27,925 bases of DNA, from assembly GCA_021851345.1 (NCBI GenBank), contig JAJZEQ010000171.1, positions 1-27,925 on the forward strand, in the 5' to 3' direction. The notes under the pieces are model-generated. The model did no database searches and was not told where the DNA came from. It was given only the letters and a program-made list of their open reading frames with translations. Positions 1 to 10,900 of the stretch are shown here, piece by piece. Both the position numbers and the translations under genes were made by a program. The DNA is from Pseudomonadota bacterium. Its GTDB lineage: Bacteria; Pseudomonadota; Gammaproteobacteria; Burkholderiales; Gallionellaceae. Within the stretch, counting starts at the first letter, position 1. Each line of letters begins with the position of its first letter.

Positions 1-185
1 ATGTCTGTTTGCGCGCCAGTTCGCATCCCGAGTTTGATGCGTGGCGCTGGAACGATTACTGGCTGGACATCAATGCCGTGATTGAATTCAAGCGCGAGGT
101 GTACACGCTGGCGCTCAATGAGCTGGCCGGCTACCTCCCGGCACCCAAACATAACACCGCACATCTGCAACCTGCGCACAGGTGA
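1..185 (+). CDS. rppH: RNA pyrophosphohydrolase RppH/NudH, C-terminal fragment (5' end lies outside the window)
   Basis: Frame 3 is open from the window edge to TGA at 183-185. It reads ...[39 protein letters not shown]..., which matches the conserved RppH C-terminal block (E. coli [33 protein letters not shown], recalled from memory). It is missing from the ORF track because it has no start in the window. Confidence 0.7.
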   Translation, partial: VCLRASSHPEFDAWRWNDYWLDINAVIEFKREVYTLALNELAGYLPAPKHNTAHLQPAHR

Positions 186-211
186 CCCAGAATTAATTAC
201 CGGGAGTCCGC

Positions 212-808
212 ATGATCAAGGAATATAGTCCGCTGCCCATCGTCCATTTGAAAACGGGTACATCGTTTCTGCGCCCGGTCCAGACACTGCCGGAACTCGT
301 CAAGCTGAGCGACCCGGCAATCAGCGTGATGACTGATTTGACCAAGGTTTCTGTGGTAAGCGTGCGCGCCAGGACCTCAATGGACAAGGCCAATGCCAAA
401 ATGATCCGCTATGGGGTACGCCTGCTGCTGGTGCTGGACGACAACGATCAAGTGGCGGGATTATTGACGGCCACGGATATCCTTGGGGAAAAGCCGATGC
501 GCTACCTGCAAAACATGGGCGGCACGCACGCCGACATCATGGTACGCGACATCATGACTACACAGCGCGAGCTGGAGGCCCTGAAAATCGAGGATGTGAA
601 AAATGCCCGGGTCGGAGAAATCGTCGCAACCCTGAAAAAATCCCACCGGCAGCACGCGCTGGTTGTGGCCGAAAGTGCGGATGGCAAACAGGCAGTATGC
701 GGCCTGTTCTCTATCACACAAATCGCGCGCCAGCTGGGTGCCCAGGTTCAAAGCTTCGAATTGGCGCGCACCTTCGCCGAGATCGATGCGGTGATCTCGC
801 GCGGCTGA
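212..808 (+). CDS. CBS-pair domain protein
   Basis: 198-aa ORF with an ATG start and GGGAG 5 nt upstream. It has two CBS-like repeats (VMTDLTKVSVVSVRARTSMDKA...LLVLDDNDQVAGLLTATDIL and VRDIMTT...ALVVAESADGKQAVCGLFSITQI). Confidence 0.8.
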   Translation: MIKEYSPLPIVHLKTGTSFLRPVQTLPELVKLSDPAISVMTDLTKVSVVSVRARTSMDKANAKMIRYGVRLLLVLDDNDQVAGLLTATDILGEKPMRYLQNMGGTHADIMVRDIMTTQRELEALKIEDVKNARVGEIVATLKKSHRQHALVVAESADGKQAVCGLFSITQIARQLGAQVQSFELARTFAEIDAVISRG

Positions 809-893
809 AAATCCAGCTTTGCGGGCATCCGCCACGCAGACTCCCTGCCTGGCCCGCCTCCTCCCAACTGCAAGTGCTGCCAGCCTTCCGGCC

Positions 894-922
894 AACCCGG
901 CGAAACAGGCCGGGTTAACTTT
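894..922 (+). terminator. Possible intrinsic terminator after the CBS gene
   Basis: Hairpin AACCCGGC-gaaacag-GCCGGGTT (894-916) followed by AACTTT. The T-tract is weak. Confidence 0.35.
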
Positions 923-1548
923 GGGTTGATAGTCATTTCACCACGTCGCCACAATGCGGCGAACAAGTAGCTGTTGATACCGCGTTTCAGCAAAGCCTGC
1001 CCTGTACAACATATGCTTCAAAGTGTGCACACAAAATTTTGGGTGTGCGCGTAGTGATGTATCAGGCAATGTCACTCCCGCCCCGCGGGTGTACTCCCAT
1101 GGAAGTATATCGCCTACCCCATATTAACTATAGACGACCATATGGTTATCGGGATTAGTATGAGCCATACAAAAATCATAAAAATTGGCTCAAGCGGGGG
1201 TGAATTCCTTTTTAAAAAATTCCTGGATACTGCGGCCTGGTTTTTTCGGAGGCAGCTTTTACTGGAAGATTTCTGGGTTCCCGAAAATCTTGCGTGAGGC
1301 GTTCCGGATCGAATTCAGTCCTGCAGCTAGCCCGGGTCATGCTGAAGATTTCACGGCGTACCCAACAAAAATACATCGCTGTTCGTTTGGCGCAAGTGTG
1401 AAATCACAGGATTCCCGTTCAGAAATACTGTTATTAACATTTGCAAACAAATACCGGCAATTGTTTCCTGCACTCCGTTTTTCGTATTAAAAAAGCAATG
1501 GGTTTCACATGCACTCAGAACTTAAAAAAACATCACAGGGAGATAAAA

Positions 1549-1848
1549 ATGGATTTTGATATCAACATAATTTTAAATGCCGTCGCCATACTGATCATGT
1601 TTTACTGCTTATATTTGGTGCTATCGCTCAAATCCAGCATCCCGGGCGGCATGATAGGCAAGCGCTGGAACTTTCTGACGCTGCTGGTGGCGCTGTTCAG
1701 TATCGGCTACCTGACAACTCCTTTCTTCGGCCGTCTGCCCGCTGAAATTCTGCGATTGGTTGATTCGCTCATTTTCATTTTTGGAGCAGTGTACGTGGCA
1801 GTAACCATACGCCTTATTTTCAACATTATTCGCGAGCTATCCGAATAG
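1549..1848 (+). CDS. Small integral membrane protein (about 3 TM helices), function unknown
   Basis: The internal ATG at 1549 of track ORF 1441..1848 is preceded by GGGAGA 5 nt upstream. The product MDFDINIILNAVAILIMFYCLYLVL...FLTLLVALFSIGYL...LIFIFGAVYVAVTIRLIF is dominated by hydrophobic helices. It follows a ~740-bp non-coding, A/T-rich region. Confidence 0.6.
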   Translation: MDFDINIILNAVAILIMFYCLYLVLSLKSSIPGGMIGKRWNFLTLLVALFSIGYLTTPFFGRLPAEILRLVDSLIFIFGAVYVAVTIRLIFNIIRELSE

Positions 1849-1860
1849 GCGGGGATAGCC

Positions 1861-2325
1861 ATGCGCTCCGATTTGATATTGTTTCGCACCCGGAAGGGTG
1901 AGGAGATTCTCCTTAGCCATGGGCATGAAATTTCCGTTAACCAGCGTCGTGCTTTGCTGGCCATTGATGGCAAGACGACAGTTGCCGATCTGGCAAAAAA
2001 AGTATTTTGGGTCAGCGATGTGATTTCGGTGCTTGATGGATTGTATGCAAAGGGATTCATTCATGATGACATCTCGATGATACCCACCGAAGCCAGCCAG
2101 GCCGGAGGCGCAGGGATATTATTAAAGCTCCAGCTTGCAGGCATTGCCAAAGAGCTGTTGGGCAATAACGCAGAACGCATTATCAAAAAACTGGAGGAGG
2201 TTGATGGCACGCCCGAGTCGCTGGAGCAGGCGTTGCTGGGCTGCAAGAAACTGATCAAATTAACCATCAGTGAAGAAATGGCTGATACTTTCCTCCAGCG
2301 CGCACTCCAGATAATTGGCAAATAA
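1861..2325 (+). CDS. Hypothetical soluble protein, probably co-transcribed with 1549..1848
   Basis: 154-aa ORF starting 12 nt after the preceding stop. It has no signal peptide or TM segment and I recognise no family. An 11-bp imperfect hairpin (CAACCATCCAG...CTGGAGGGTTG) starts right after its stop. Confidence 0.6.
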   Translation: MRSDLILFRTRKGEEILLSHGHEISVNQRRALLAIDGKTTVADLAKKVFWVSDVISVLDGLYAKGFIHDDISMIPTEASQAGGAGILLKLQLAGIAKELLGNNAERIIKKLEEVDGTPESLEQALLGCKKLIKLTISEEMADTFLQRALQIIGK

Positions 2326-2502
2326 CAACCATCCAGCGTAGCGATGATGGGCCTGGAGGGTTGATTGCACTTCAGGCCTTCAGCAACCGCGCGCTTTTTT
2401 AACGGCAGAGTTTTCAGCACAGCAGGCACATAGCCGCCCTGTTCCAGGCTCTGCTTTTCTGCGAGACATGTATTTCAGCGGACGCTGAATTTTAGAAGTA
2501 AA

Positions 2503-2958
2503 TCAGTGCTTGCCGGTGCTGCCGAACCCCCCGCTGCCGCGTTCGCTGGCCGGGAACTCTTCCACGACATTAAACTTCGCCTGCATCACCGGCACGATCA
2601 CCAGTTGCGCCATGCGCTCCATCGGCATCAGCGTAAACGGGATCTGGCTGCGGTTCCATAACGAAACGAATATCTGCCCCTGATAATCGGAGTCGATCAG
2701 ACCGACCAGATTGCCCAGCACGATACCGTGCTTATGGCCGAGACCGGATCGCGGCAAAATCATCGCCGCATAACCCGGATTACCCAAATGAATCGCGATG
2801 CCGCTCGGGATCAACTCGCTCTGCTTGGGCTGGATCACCATGTTGTGTTCGATGCAGGCGCGCAAATCTATCCCTGCCGAACCGGCGGTCGCGTAGCCGG
2901 GCATGTTTTCGTGCAAGCGATGATCGAGAATCCTGACATCCACGTCGATGTGTTTCAT
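2503..2958 (-). CDS. dut: dUTP diphosphatase (dUTPase)
   Basis: Classic dUTPase motifs are present ([46 protein letters not shown]). I prefer the start MKH at 2958 (GAGGAG 7 nt upstream) over the track start at 2973. It lies 11 nt downstream of the coaBC stop. Confidence 0.95.
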   Translation of the reverse strand: MKHIDVDVRILDHRLHENMPGYATAGSAGIDLRACIEHNMVIQPKQSELIPSGIAIHLGNPGYAAMILPRSGLGHKHGIVLGNLVGLIDSDYQGQIFVSLWNRSQIPFTLMPMERMAQLVIVPVMQAKFNVVEEFPASERGSGGFGSTGKH

Positions 2959-2969
2959 TGGGTGACTCC

Positions 2970-4253
2970 TCACTTAATGCGTTGTGCGATGCGCTGCATC
3001 AATTGACGTGCCAGCGTCAACTTGTCTGCGCGCGGCAGTGTTTGCCTGCCGCTGTCATCGAATAAAACCAGTTCGTTATCGTCGCTGCCGACAGCCCGCT
3101 GCACCAGATTGCCCACCAGCAGCGGCAATTTTTTCTCACGGCGTTTTTTCTCGGAATTTTCCGCAAGATTTTCGCTTTCGGCTGCAAAACCCACGCAGAA
3201 CGGGGGATTGGTCAGATTGGCGACGTACGCAAGAATATCCGGGTTGGGAACCAGTTCCAGGGTGAGGTTGGCAGCGCTCTTCTTTATTTTTTGCGCACTG
3301 GCTTGCGCGACGCGGTAATCGGCCACCGCCGCCACGCCGATAAAAATATCGCAATTGCCGACGTGCTGCTTTACAGCTTCGAACATCTGCTCTGCACTCT
3401 GTACATCCACACTTTGCACCCCTTGGGGTTTGGCAAGCGCGGTCGGCCCGGATACCAGCACTACTTTCGCACCCAGTTCCTGCGCGGCTTGTGCGATTGC
3501 ATAGCCCATTTTGCCGGAGCTTCGATTGGTGATGCCGCGCACGGTATCTATCGCCTCGTAGGTGGGGCCCGCCGTCACCAGGATATTTTTTCCGGACAAT
3601 TTCCTGGCCAACGACTGCACTTGCCCCACATCCCTCCGGGGGAGTGATGAAGCGACCTCGATCGATGTATTACCGGTCTGCAAAAATGCAGCAATTTCCT
3701 GCGCCAACTGGACAGCCTCCAGCATCCGCCCCATGCCTTCTTCCCCGCACGCTTGCACCCCGCTATCCGGTCCCAGCACCTGTACGCCATCGGCAATCAG
3801 TTGCTTGACGTTGCGTTGCATAGCGGCATTCAGCCACATCTCGCGATTCATCGCCGGAGCGATGATCAGCGGACACACACGCGCCAGACATAGCGTGGAG
3901 AGCAGATCGTCCGCCAGACCATGCGCAAGTTTGGCAATAAAATCTGCACTCGCCGGCGCAATCAGGATCGCATCGGCGGCACGACTCAGCTCGATATGCG
4001 CCATGTTGTTCGGCACGCTGGCGTCCCACTGGTCGGTGTACACGCGCCTGCCGGACAGGCCCTGCATCGTGATTGGCGTGATGAAATGACAAGCAGCCTC
4101 GGTCATCACGACCTGCACCCCGATGCCCTGCTTCACCAGCAGACGCAGCAACTCCGCAGCCTTGTAGGCCGCAATGCCGCCGCTGACACCCAGGATGATC
4201 CGGGTCGGCGGTGAATCGGGATTTGTGGTTTCTTGTTCCATCATGTCGCGCAT
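2970..4253 (-). CDS. coaBC: Bifunctional phosphopantothenoylcysteine decarboxylase / phosphopantothenate-cysteine ligase
   Basis: 427-aa ORF. It has an N-terminal flavoprotein domain ([28 protein letters not shown]) and a C-terminal CoaB domain ([36 protein letters not shown]). The coaBC-dut arrangement is the conserved one. The exact start among the N-terminal Met codons is uncertain. Confidence 0.95.
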   Translation of the reverse strand: MRDMMEQETTNPDSPPTRIILGVSGGIAAYKAAELLRLLVKQGIGVQVVMTEAACHFITPITMQGLSGRRVYTDQWDASVPNNMAHIELSRAADAILIAPASADFIAKLAHGLADDLLSTLCLARVCPLIIAPAMNREMWLNAAMQRNVKQLIADGVQVLGPDSGVQACGEEGMGRMLEAVQLAQEIAAFLQTGNTSIEVASSLPRRDVGQVQSLARKLSGKNILVTAGPTYEAIDTVRGITNRSSGKMGYAIAQAAQELGAKVVLVSGPTALAKPQGVQSVDVQSAEQMFEAVKQHVGNCDIFIGVAAVADYRVAQASAQKIKKSAANLTLELVPNPDILAYVANLTNPPFCVGFAAESENLAENSEKKRREKKLPLLVGNLVQRAVGSDDNELVLFDDSGRQTLPRADKLTLARQLMQRIAQRIK

Positions 4254-4334
4254 CTTACAAGAAAAGGCCCATGCTTAACCACAGCGCTAGTTCCACCCGG
4301 AATTTGGCGCCGCCCGGCATATGGCCTGGTTCAC

Positions 4335-4368
4335 AAAATGAAAATGGGCCGGCATGCATTGCCGACCC
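4335..4368 (-). terminator. Intrinsic terminator (minus strand) between the sORF and coaBC
   Basis: The minus strand reads GGGTCGGCA-atgca-TGCCGGCCC followed by ATTTTCATTTT. This is a 9-bp stem with one mismatch plus a T-rich tail. Confidence 0.5.
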
Positions 4369-4511
4369 ATTGAAAGGCGGATTCCACCGGCCGGACAAGC
4401 TTGCGGCCAGCTCGATCTTACCAAGTTAACCCTAAATGTTCAGGATAGTTATAGTTCACCCGGATTACCGATCAGTACGCTTCGGGAACTCCGGGGCTTG
4501 TGCCGAACCGG

Positions 4512-4607
4512 CTATTTCTTCTTCCTGTCCCATCCTGCATCATCAGTAATAATGATAATACCTGTAAGGACAAACAAACCAATAAAGAATATCGCTACGT
4601 CCAACAT
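4512..4607 (-). CDS. Candidate 31-aa single-pass membrane peptide (sORF below the ORF-track length cutoff)
   Basis: The minus strand reads GAGGAGaaattatATG TTG GAC ... AAA TAG, giving MLDVAIFFIGLFVLTGIIIITDDAGWDRKKK. It has a strong SD at ideal spacing, one hydrophobic helix, a basic tail, and the terminator 4335-4368 downstream. Confidence 0.45.
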   Translation of the reverse strand: MLDVAIFFIGLFVLTGIIIITDDAGWDRKKK

Positions 4608-4966
4608 ATAATTTCTCCTCGATAGTAAATTGACAAGAACACCCCGGACAGCCCAACGTCACATCAACTTCCACAACCCGGCAGAGCAAATGCTACAGTA
4701 CTATTGGTTTCACCAGCCGACAAGCTACGGAAGCGACATAACCTTTCCAAACTGGGGATATTATAACGCTCATTAAAAGTTTTGGTAATTTTTTCATCTG
4801 TAGTCGACAAGAGTATTCGGGAATACGGCCTATTGTTTTTCACCGCAAAAGTACCCACACTGCCTGCCCTCGATGGTCGCAATTGCATTGAAAAATACCT
4901 GGAGGCACGTGAAGTTCCGAAAAATCCAGCGCATGGCTTGCTGCTCACCCGACCGGGACTGATATT

Positions 4967-5812
4967 TTGATTCCTTCATCATCACCAAATAAAGTAGTTT
5001 CCAGCCCCGCAGAATTAAGACTCGCGGCACTTTTCTGGCTTGCCGAAAGTGATCCGGCCCGCAAAGCCGCAGGCGTGCGCCTGCTGGCAAGGGCATGGCT
5101 GTCGGGCGAGATCGGGCTGGACACCGATGCGGCGCCGACAGCCCGGCAAACCATACCCGGCCATCCGGTCAAACCCGAACTGGTCGCGCCGCGCCTGGTC
5201 AAGCGCCGCTCGATGATCACGCCGGAAGGCCGCGCCATCCTGATCCACGCGCTGGCGCATATCGAGTTCAATGCGATCAACCTGGCGCTGGACGCGATCT
5301 GGCGCTTCGCCGGCATGCCGCGTGAGTATTACGCCGACTGGCTGCACGTGGCGGACGAAGAAGCGCTGCATTTTTCGCTGCTGGCCGGACACCTGCAAAC
5401 CCAGGGTTACGCGTACGGAGACTTTCCCGCGCACAGCAGCCTGTGGGAGATGGCGGCCAAAACCCAGCACGACATCCTAGCGCGCATCGCGCTGGTGCCG
5501 CGCACGATGGAAGCACGCGGACTGGATGCCACGCCGCAGGTGCGTGCCAAATTCGCGCAGGCCGGAGACATGGCCGCAGCCGCGATACTGGATATTATCT
5601 TAAGCGATGAGATCGGCCATGTCGCGACCGGCAACCGCTGGTACAACTGGCTGTGCGAGCAACGCGGCCTCGAGCCGGTCGCCACCTACGCCCGCCTCGC
5701 AGCCGAATACCGGGCGCCGGTCCTGCGCGGGCCGTTCAATCTGCCAGCACGGCGGGCGGCCGGATTCAGCGAATTGGAGCTGGCTGCGTTAGCCGATAGC
5801 TCTGGTCACTAA
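4967..5812 (+). CDS. DUF455-family ferritin-like (di-iron) protein
   Basis: 281-aa ORF with the motifs typical of DUF455 proteins (ALAHIEFNAINLALD, DEEALHF, EARGLD, ILSDEIGHVATGNRWY). The only upstream in-frame start is TTG at 4967, so the start is uncertain. Confidence 0.8.
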   Translation: MIPSSSPNKVVSSPAELRLAALFWLAESDPARKAAGVRLLARAWLSGEIGLDTDAAPTARQTIPGHPVKPELVAPRLVKRRSMITPEGRAILIHALAHIEFNAINLALDAIWRFAGMPREYYADWLHVADEEALHFSLLAGHLQTQGYAYGDFPAHSSLWEMAAKTQHDILARIALVPRTMEARGLDATPQVRAKFAQAGDMAAAAILDIILSDEIGHVATGNRWYNWLCEQRGLEPVATYARLAAEYRAPVLRGPFNLPARRAAGFSELELAALADSSGH

Positions 5813-6161
5813 ATGGGACTCAAATGCCGAAGCTTCACTTTCCATTCCAACTTGCAAAAACAATACAACCCGGGTTTATTTGGCTCAAGCAGCGCCAAGC
5901 GCTACCTATCGAAATGAACTTGTGACGATTGTTAATGTCTCCGTCTCGGATCCAAGTCCGTGTATCCGCAACGGGTAGTATCCATAGCGCGGCTATGGAG
6001 AAGAAGAGCATGCTATACGGCTAAGCCCATAGCCAAAGTATCAAGATTTTTAAAAACGGGCGGAATGCCGGCAGTTCAAAACTTTAATGTCGAACGATTT
6101 AAGGGGTTTTCGCATAAGAAGCGGATAGTAAATATTCTGGGCATAGGGCGGGCTGCAGTCC

Positions 6162-7907
6162 ATGAACTCAACAAGTAGAAAGAGGGTGAAAAATTGCCCG
6201 GCATTCTTCATATCCATGTTCATTTTCATGAGCGATGGCTATGCCGCCGTGGACACAACAGATAGCGAAGAACTGCGCAACCGCGCCATACAGCAAGCGC
6301 AGGAACGAGAGCGCCAGCAACAAGCTCCCAACGTTAATCTTCAAGGCGTAGTCCCGGAAGCACAACCATTTCAACTCCCTGCAGCAGAAACTCCCTGTTT
6401 TACCGTCAACACATTTGTTCTGGAACTACCCAGCCAGCTTTCTCCTGCAGCGCAGCGCTATGGTGCCAGCACATCCTTGCTGGACCCTTTTCATTTTGCG
6501 CAAAAATTTCTTGATCAATACAAAGGGAAATGTATCGGGCGCGAAGGCATCAATATACTCGTCAAGGGTGTTACTACGAAGATACTGGAACGCGGCTATT
6601 CCACCACGCGGGTGGCTATTCCTGAACAGGACATGTTGAGCGGCACACTCAAATTAACCCTGATTCCCGGCATCATTCATGAACTGCGGTTTGCCGATGC
6701 CGGTACTGCCGGAACCTGGAAGAACGCATTTCCGACTTCCGCCGGGAAACTGCTCAACCTGCGCGACCTCGAGCAGGGACTGGAACAGATGAAACGTGTA
6801 ACCAGCCAGGATGTGAGCATGCAGATCGTCCCCGCCGGAAACCTGGGCGAAAGTGACGTCATCATCTCGGTCAGGCGCAGCAAGCCCTGGAATGCCACCA
6901 TCAATCTGGATGACAGCGGTATCAAGGCAACCGGCAAGACCCAGGCCGGACTACAGGCCGGGTGGGACAACCTGCTCGGCATAAACGACCTGTTCAATAT
7001 CGGCACCAGCACCGATGCTGATCGCAACAACTACATGCGCGGAACATCGGGCAACAATTTTTCCTATTCAGTACCTTTCGGTTATTGGACGAGCTCGATA
7101 TCGGCGAATGAATTTGCCTATCACCAGCGCATCATGGGGATTGCGCAGAGCTTTGTCTCCAGCGGCAAAATGCAGAACCTTGATGCGAAAGTCAGCTACC
7201 TCTTCTATCGCGATCAATTCAGTAAAAGCAGCCTGCAATTCCGCACAGGAAGATATTTCAGCCATTCCTACATCGACGATACCGAAGTCTTGGTTCAAAA
7301 GCGCGATACCACTTTCGCCGAGATTGCGCTGATCCACAAACACTACATCGGACAGGCGCAGATCGATGCCACACTCGCCTGCCGCAAGGGGACACCCTGG
7401 TTCGGCGCGCAATCAGATCCCGCGAACTTGCCCGGTGCCAGTCCGCGATACAACTACACGCTCGAAACCCTGGATGCCATGCTGACCATGCCCTTCCAAC
7501 TGAATGAACGTCAGCTTAGCTACAGCGCCACCTTCCGCGCGCAAAATACCAACACCGCGCTCTATGCCGAAAACTGGTTTTCTATCGGCAACCGCTGGAC
7601 GGTGCGCGGCTTTGATGGTGAGTATCCGATGAGCGCCGAAAAGGGATTCTTTCTGCGCAACGAGATCGGCATTCCCATTGCCGACACCGCGCAATCCGCT
7701 TATGTGGGGCTCGATTTCGGTGCGGTGTATGGCAACAACACCGCCACACTGCTTGGCAACAAATTGGCCGGCTTAGTGGGCGGGCTCAGGGGTAACCTGG
7801 TGCAGGGCATGATGTATGAAGTGTTCGCCGGATTTTCGCTGTACAAACCAGAATACTACCCTACCAATGTACCCGCGGCAGGATTCAGTCTGATGTATCA
7901 AATGTAA
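6162..7907 (+). CDS. cdiB: ShlB/FhaC/HecB-family outer-membrane transporter (TpsB/CdiB) of a two-partner secretion system
   Basis: 581-aa ORF with a signal peptide and a POTRA-like region (GREGINILVKGVTTKILERGYSTTRVAIPEQDMLSGTLKLTLIPG). It has a beta-barrel C-terminus with the conserved RVRGF-type block (NRWTVRGFDGE) and ends in an aromatic-rich strand. It sits directly upstream of the TpsA gene. Confidence 0.9.
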   Translation: MNSTSRKRVKNCPAFFISMFIFMSDGYAAVDTTDSEELRNRAIQQAQERERQQQAPNVNLQGVVPEAQPFQLPAAETPCFTVNTFVLELPSQLSPAAQRYGASTSLLDPFHFAQKFLDQYKGKCIGREGINILVKGVTTKILERGYSTTRVAIPEQDMLSGTLKLTLIPGIIHELRFADAGTAGTWKNAFPTSAGKLLNLRDLEQGLEQMKRVTSQDVSMQIVPAGNLGESDVIISVRRSKPWNATINLDDSGIKATGKTQAGLQAGWDNLLGINDLFNIGTSTDADRNNYMRGTSGNNFSYSVPFGYWTSSISANEFAYHQRIMGIAQSFVSSGKMQNLDAKVSYLFYRDQFSKSSLQFRTGRYFSHSYIDDTEVLVQKRDTTFAEIALIHKHYIGQAQIDATLACRKGTPWFGAQSDPANLPGASPRYNYTLETLDAMLTMPFQLNERQLSYSATFRAQNTNTALYAENWFSIGNRWTVRGFDGEYPMSAEKGFFLRNEIGIPIADTAQSAYVGLDFGAVYGNNTATLLGNKLAGLVGGLRGNLVQGMMYEVFAGFSLYKPEYYPTNVPAAGFSLMYQM

Positions 7908-7956
7908 TAAAACGAATAATCAAACTAACAGCGGGCTGCAATCTGAAAGGCTCATC

Positions 7957-10900
7957 ATGTGCACACAAAAACAGGTGAACGATGAACAGTATCAGTATGG
8001 CAACACTCAGCTTCGGCAGTCGCCACTGCGCCCCTCGATTGCCTGGCTCACCCTTATTGCATATATCGGTCAGCCGCTGATCGTCACTGCACAGGTCATT
8101 GCAAACCAGGCAGCCGCGCCGAACAAGCGCCCCCTCATCGATACCACGGCCAACGGCATACCTTTGGTACAGATCGCCACGCCCAACGCAGCAGGTGTCT
8201 CGCAAAACCAATATACCCAATTCAACGTCGATCCTGCCGGGTTGATACTCAACAACAGCCAGTCCACCGTTCTCACCCGGCAAGCAGGCTACGTTGCAGG
8301 CAACCAGAACCTGGCCAATGGCGCTGCCAGCGTCATCCTGAATGAAGTGACCAGCACCAGCCGCAGTCAATTGAACGGCTACATCGAAGTGGCCGGGCAA
8401 CAAGCCCAGGTCATCGTTGCCAACCCTAACGGCATCACCTGTAACGGCTGCGGCTTCATCAACACCAGCCGTGGCGTGCTCACCACCGGCACTCCCGTCA
8501 TCGGGACTAGCGGCAGTCTGGATGCACTCCGCGTGACGGGCGGAGACATCCAGATCGGCACGGCGGGATTGAATGCCGGCAACATCGGCCAGCTCGACCT
8601 TATTGCCCGCAGCGTCCAGGTCAACGGCCAACTCTGGGCGGGCAACCTCAACGTCATTACCGGCGCCAACCTCGTCAACTACAACACACTGGGTGTACAG
8701 ATCATTGCAGGGGATGCAAACAAACCTACCGTCGGCATCGACGTTGCCTTGTTAGGCGGCATGTATGCCAACAAGATTCGCTTGGTCGGTACCGAAGCCG
8801 GGGTCGGCGTAAACAGCCTGGGCAATCTCTCGGCGCAGGCAGGCGATTTCACTTTGGACAATCAGGGCCAGATCACGTTGGGTGGCAGCACATCTGCCAG
8901 TGGTAACGTAGGTATCAACAGCAACACCGGCATTACCAACAGCGGAACCCTCTACAGTCAGCAAGCGGCACAGCTCACCACGACAGGTGACATCAACAAC
9001 ACCGGTATTCTGTCTGCACAGGGCAATCTTAACCTGAATGCGACGAACATCAACTCGACCGGAATTCTGGGGGCGGGGATTGCAGCCAACGGAGCGGCTA
9101 CTCAAAACGGTACTCTGACTCTAACTGCTGCGAACAGAATCGATGCCACCGGACAAAATTTCGCGGGAGGTAATTTTAGCTTGGTGGGAGCTGCCGTGAA
9201 TCTGGCTCATAGCCAAACCACGATAGGAGGATCTGCTGCACTGACCGCAACTACCGGTGACATAGTGAATACCGGAGGGGTGTTCCAGTCGCAAGGAGGG
9301 CTTGTATTAAATGCAACTGGCACTGTTAATAACGACAACGGCATTCTGGTCGGTGGCAGTTTGACTGCCAATGCAGCCGGTCTGAGCAACGCACAAGGTG
9401 TGCTCATTGCCAACACTGGCAACCTCTTGTTGAACATCACAGGCACATTGAATAACACGGGCGGTACGCTTGCCAGTGCGCTTGACACGAACTTGACTGC
9501 AAATTCCGTCAACGGGAGCGGAAAAATCATTGCCGGACGTGATGCCAGCCTGAACATGCAGGGGAATTACACCAATGCGACAGGCAATGTCATTCAAGCC
9601 AACCGGAACCTGGCAATTACTGCCTCCGGTACCTTCACCAATCAATCCACTATAGAGGCGATTGGCAATTTGACACTAACAGCGAACAGTCTCGACAATC
9701 AATCTGCCGCCATCATCAACTCGGCGAATACCACACTTAACAGCAATATCGGCAGCATCACCAATGCCGGACGGATCGAAGGTAATGCCATTGCCATTAC
9801 CAGCAATGCTTTTTCCAATACCGGAGCGGTTATCGGCGACAACATCATCTTGCGCGCCAATTCACTTACCAACCTCAATGCAAGTGCGATCATCGCGGGC
9901 ACGCAGAGTGTCAACCTTATCGTTCAGAACACACTCCTTAATCAGGGCGGTGCGACCATCTATAGTTTGGGCGATGTCAACATCGGTGCGAATCTGGCAG
10001 TTGATTCGAATGGTTACCTGACCGGCAATGCAGCCAATGTTACAAACTCGTCGGCGATCATCGAGGCGGGTGGCAATCTGCGCATCGGGGCAACTGCACT
10101 TGTCAATCAACGCACCGTAGTAGGTTTGCAGTGGGGGCCGGAGGTTTTGGGAACTTATGTTGCTGGTAATCCCCGATATACCCCAAGTTATTCCGATGAA
10201 CAATTCACGTCGACTACGACAGCGGCAGGTCAGCTGCTGTCCGGCGCGAGCATGTGGCTTGGAGGTGGGACGGTTACCAACAACTACAGCACTATCTCAG
10301 CGGCCAATACACTGGTTTCCAATGCTGTGCTGACCAACTCTGGCGCGCCTTTCCGTCAACGGATGACTGTTACGAATGGTACTCAAGACAATTGGGTATA
10401 TGTGCAGACCGGATCGCATTGGACGGTTTCATGTGGATGGACAGGTTGTTGGCCATCTCTTGTCCCAGACTACGGCTGGGTTAATTATCCAATCCCCTAT
10501 GCGCCGGCATCGACCTACACCACGATTACAGGGTCGGATGTGTGGAACAACCGCACTGCGGTGACATCGTCCAACGTATCCAAGTCTGCAGTTGTCAACG
10601 CTGTTGTTCCTGTCGCCAGAGGTGCTACCCTCACGGTGCCCAGCAACGGATTATTCAGCATCCACAGCCAACCGGGCCAGCCGTATCTGGTGGTGACGGA
10701 CCCGCGTTTTACCAACTACGCCAACTTTGTCTCCAGCAACTACATGTTGAGCCGCTTGTCACTGGATCCGCAGCAAATACAAATGCGTTTGGGCGACGGA
10801 TTCTATGAGCAGCAGCAGGTGACACAGCAGATCACCGCCGGCACGGGCCGTATGTATGTTAATGGCTACACCGATGCCCAGTCGCAATTCATTGCGCTGA

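Noticed and set aside
1185-1490. 101-aa ORF in the long A/T-rich intergenic region; also 5960..6178 upstream of and overlapping cdiB
   Set aside because: There is no ribosome-binding site, the sequence looks non-protein-like, and 5960..6178 overlaps the cdiB start. Both are treated as non-coding.
4664-5316. Minus-strand ORFs 4664..4948, 4830..5096 and 4945..5316, and plus-strand 4782..4970
   Set aside because: They overlap one another or the DUF455 gene, lack an SD, and have unremarkable or shadow-like composition. I also looked in 4620-4966 for 6S RNA, RNase P RNA or tmRNA hallmarks and for a clean terminator, and found none. The region is left unassigned.
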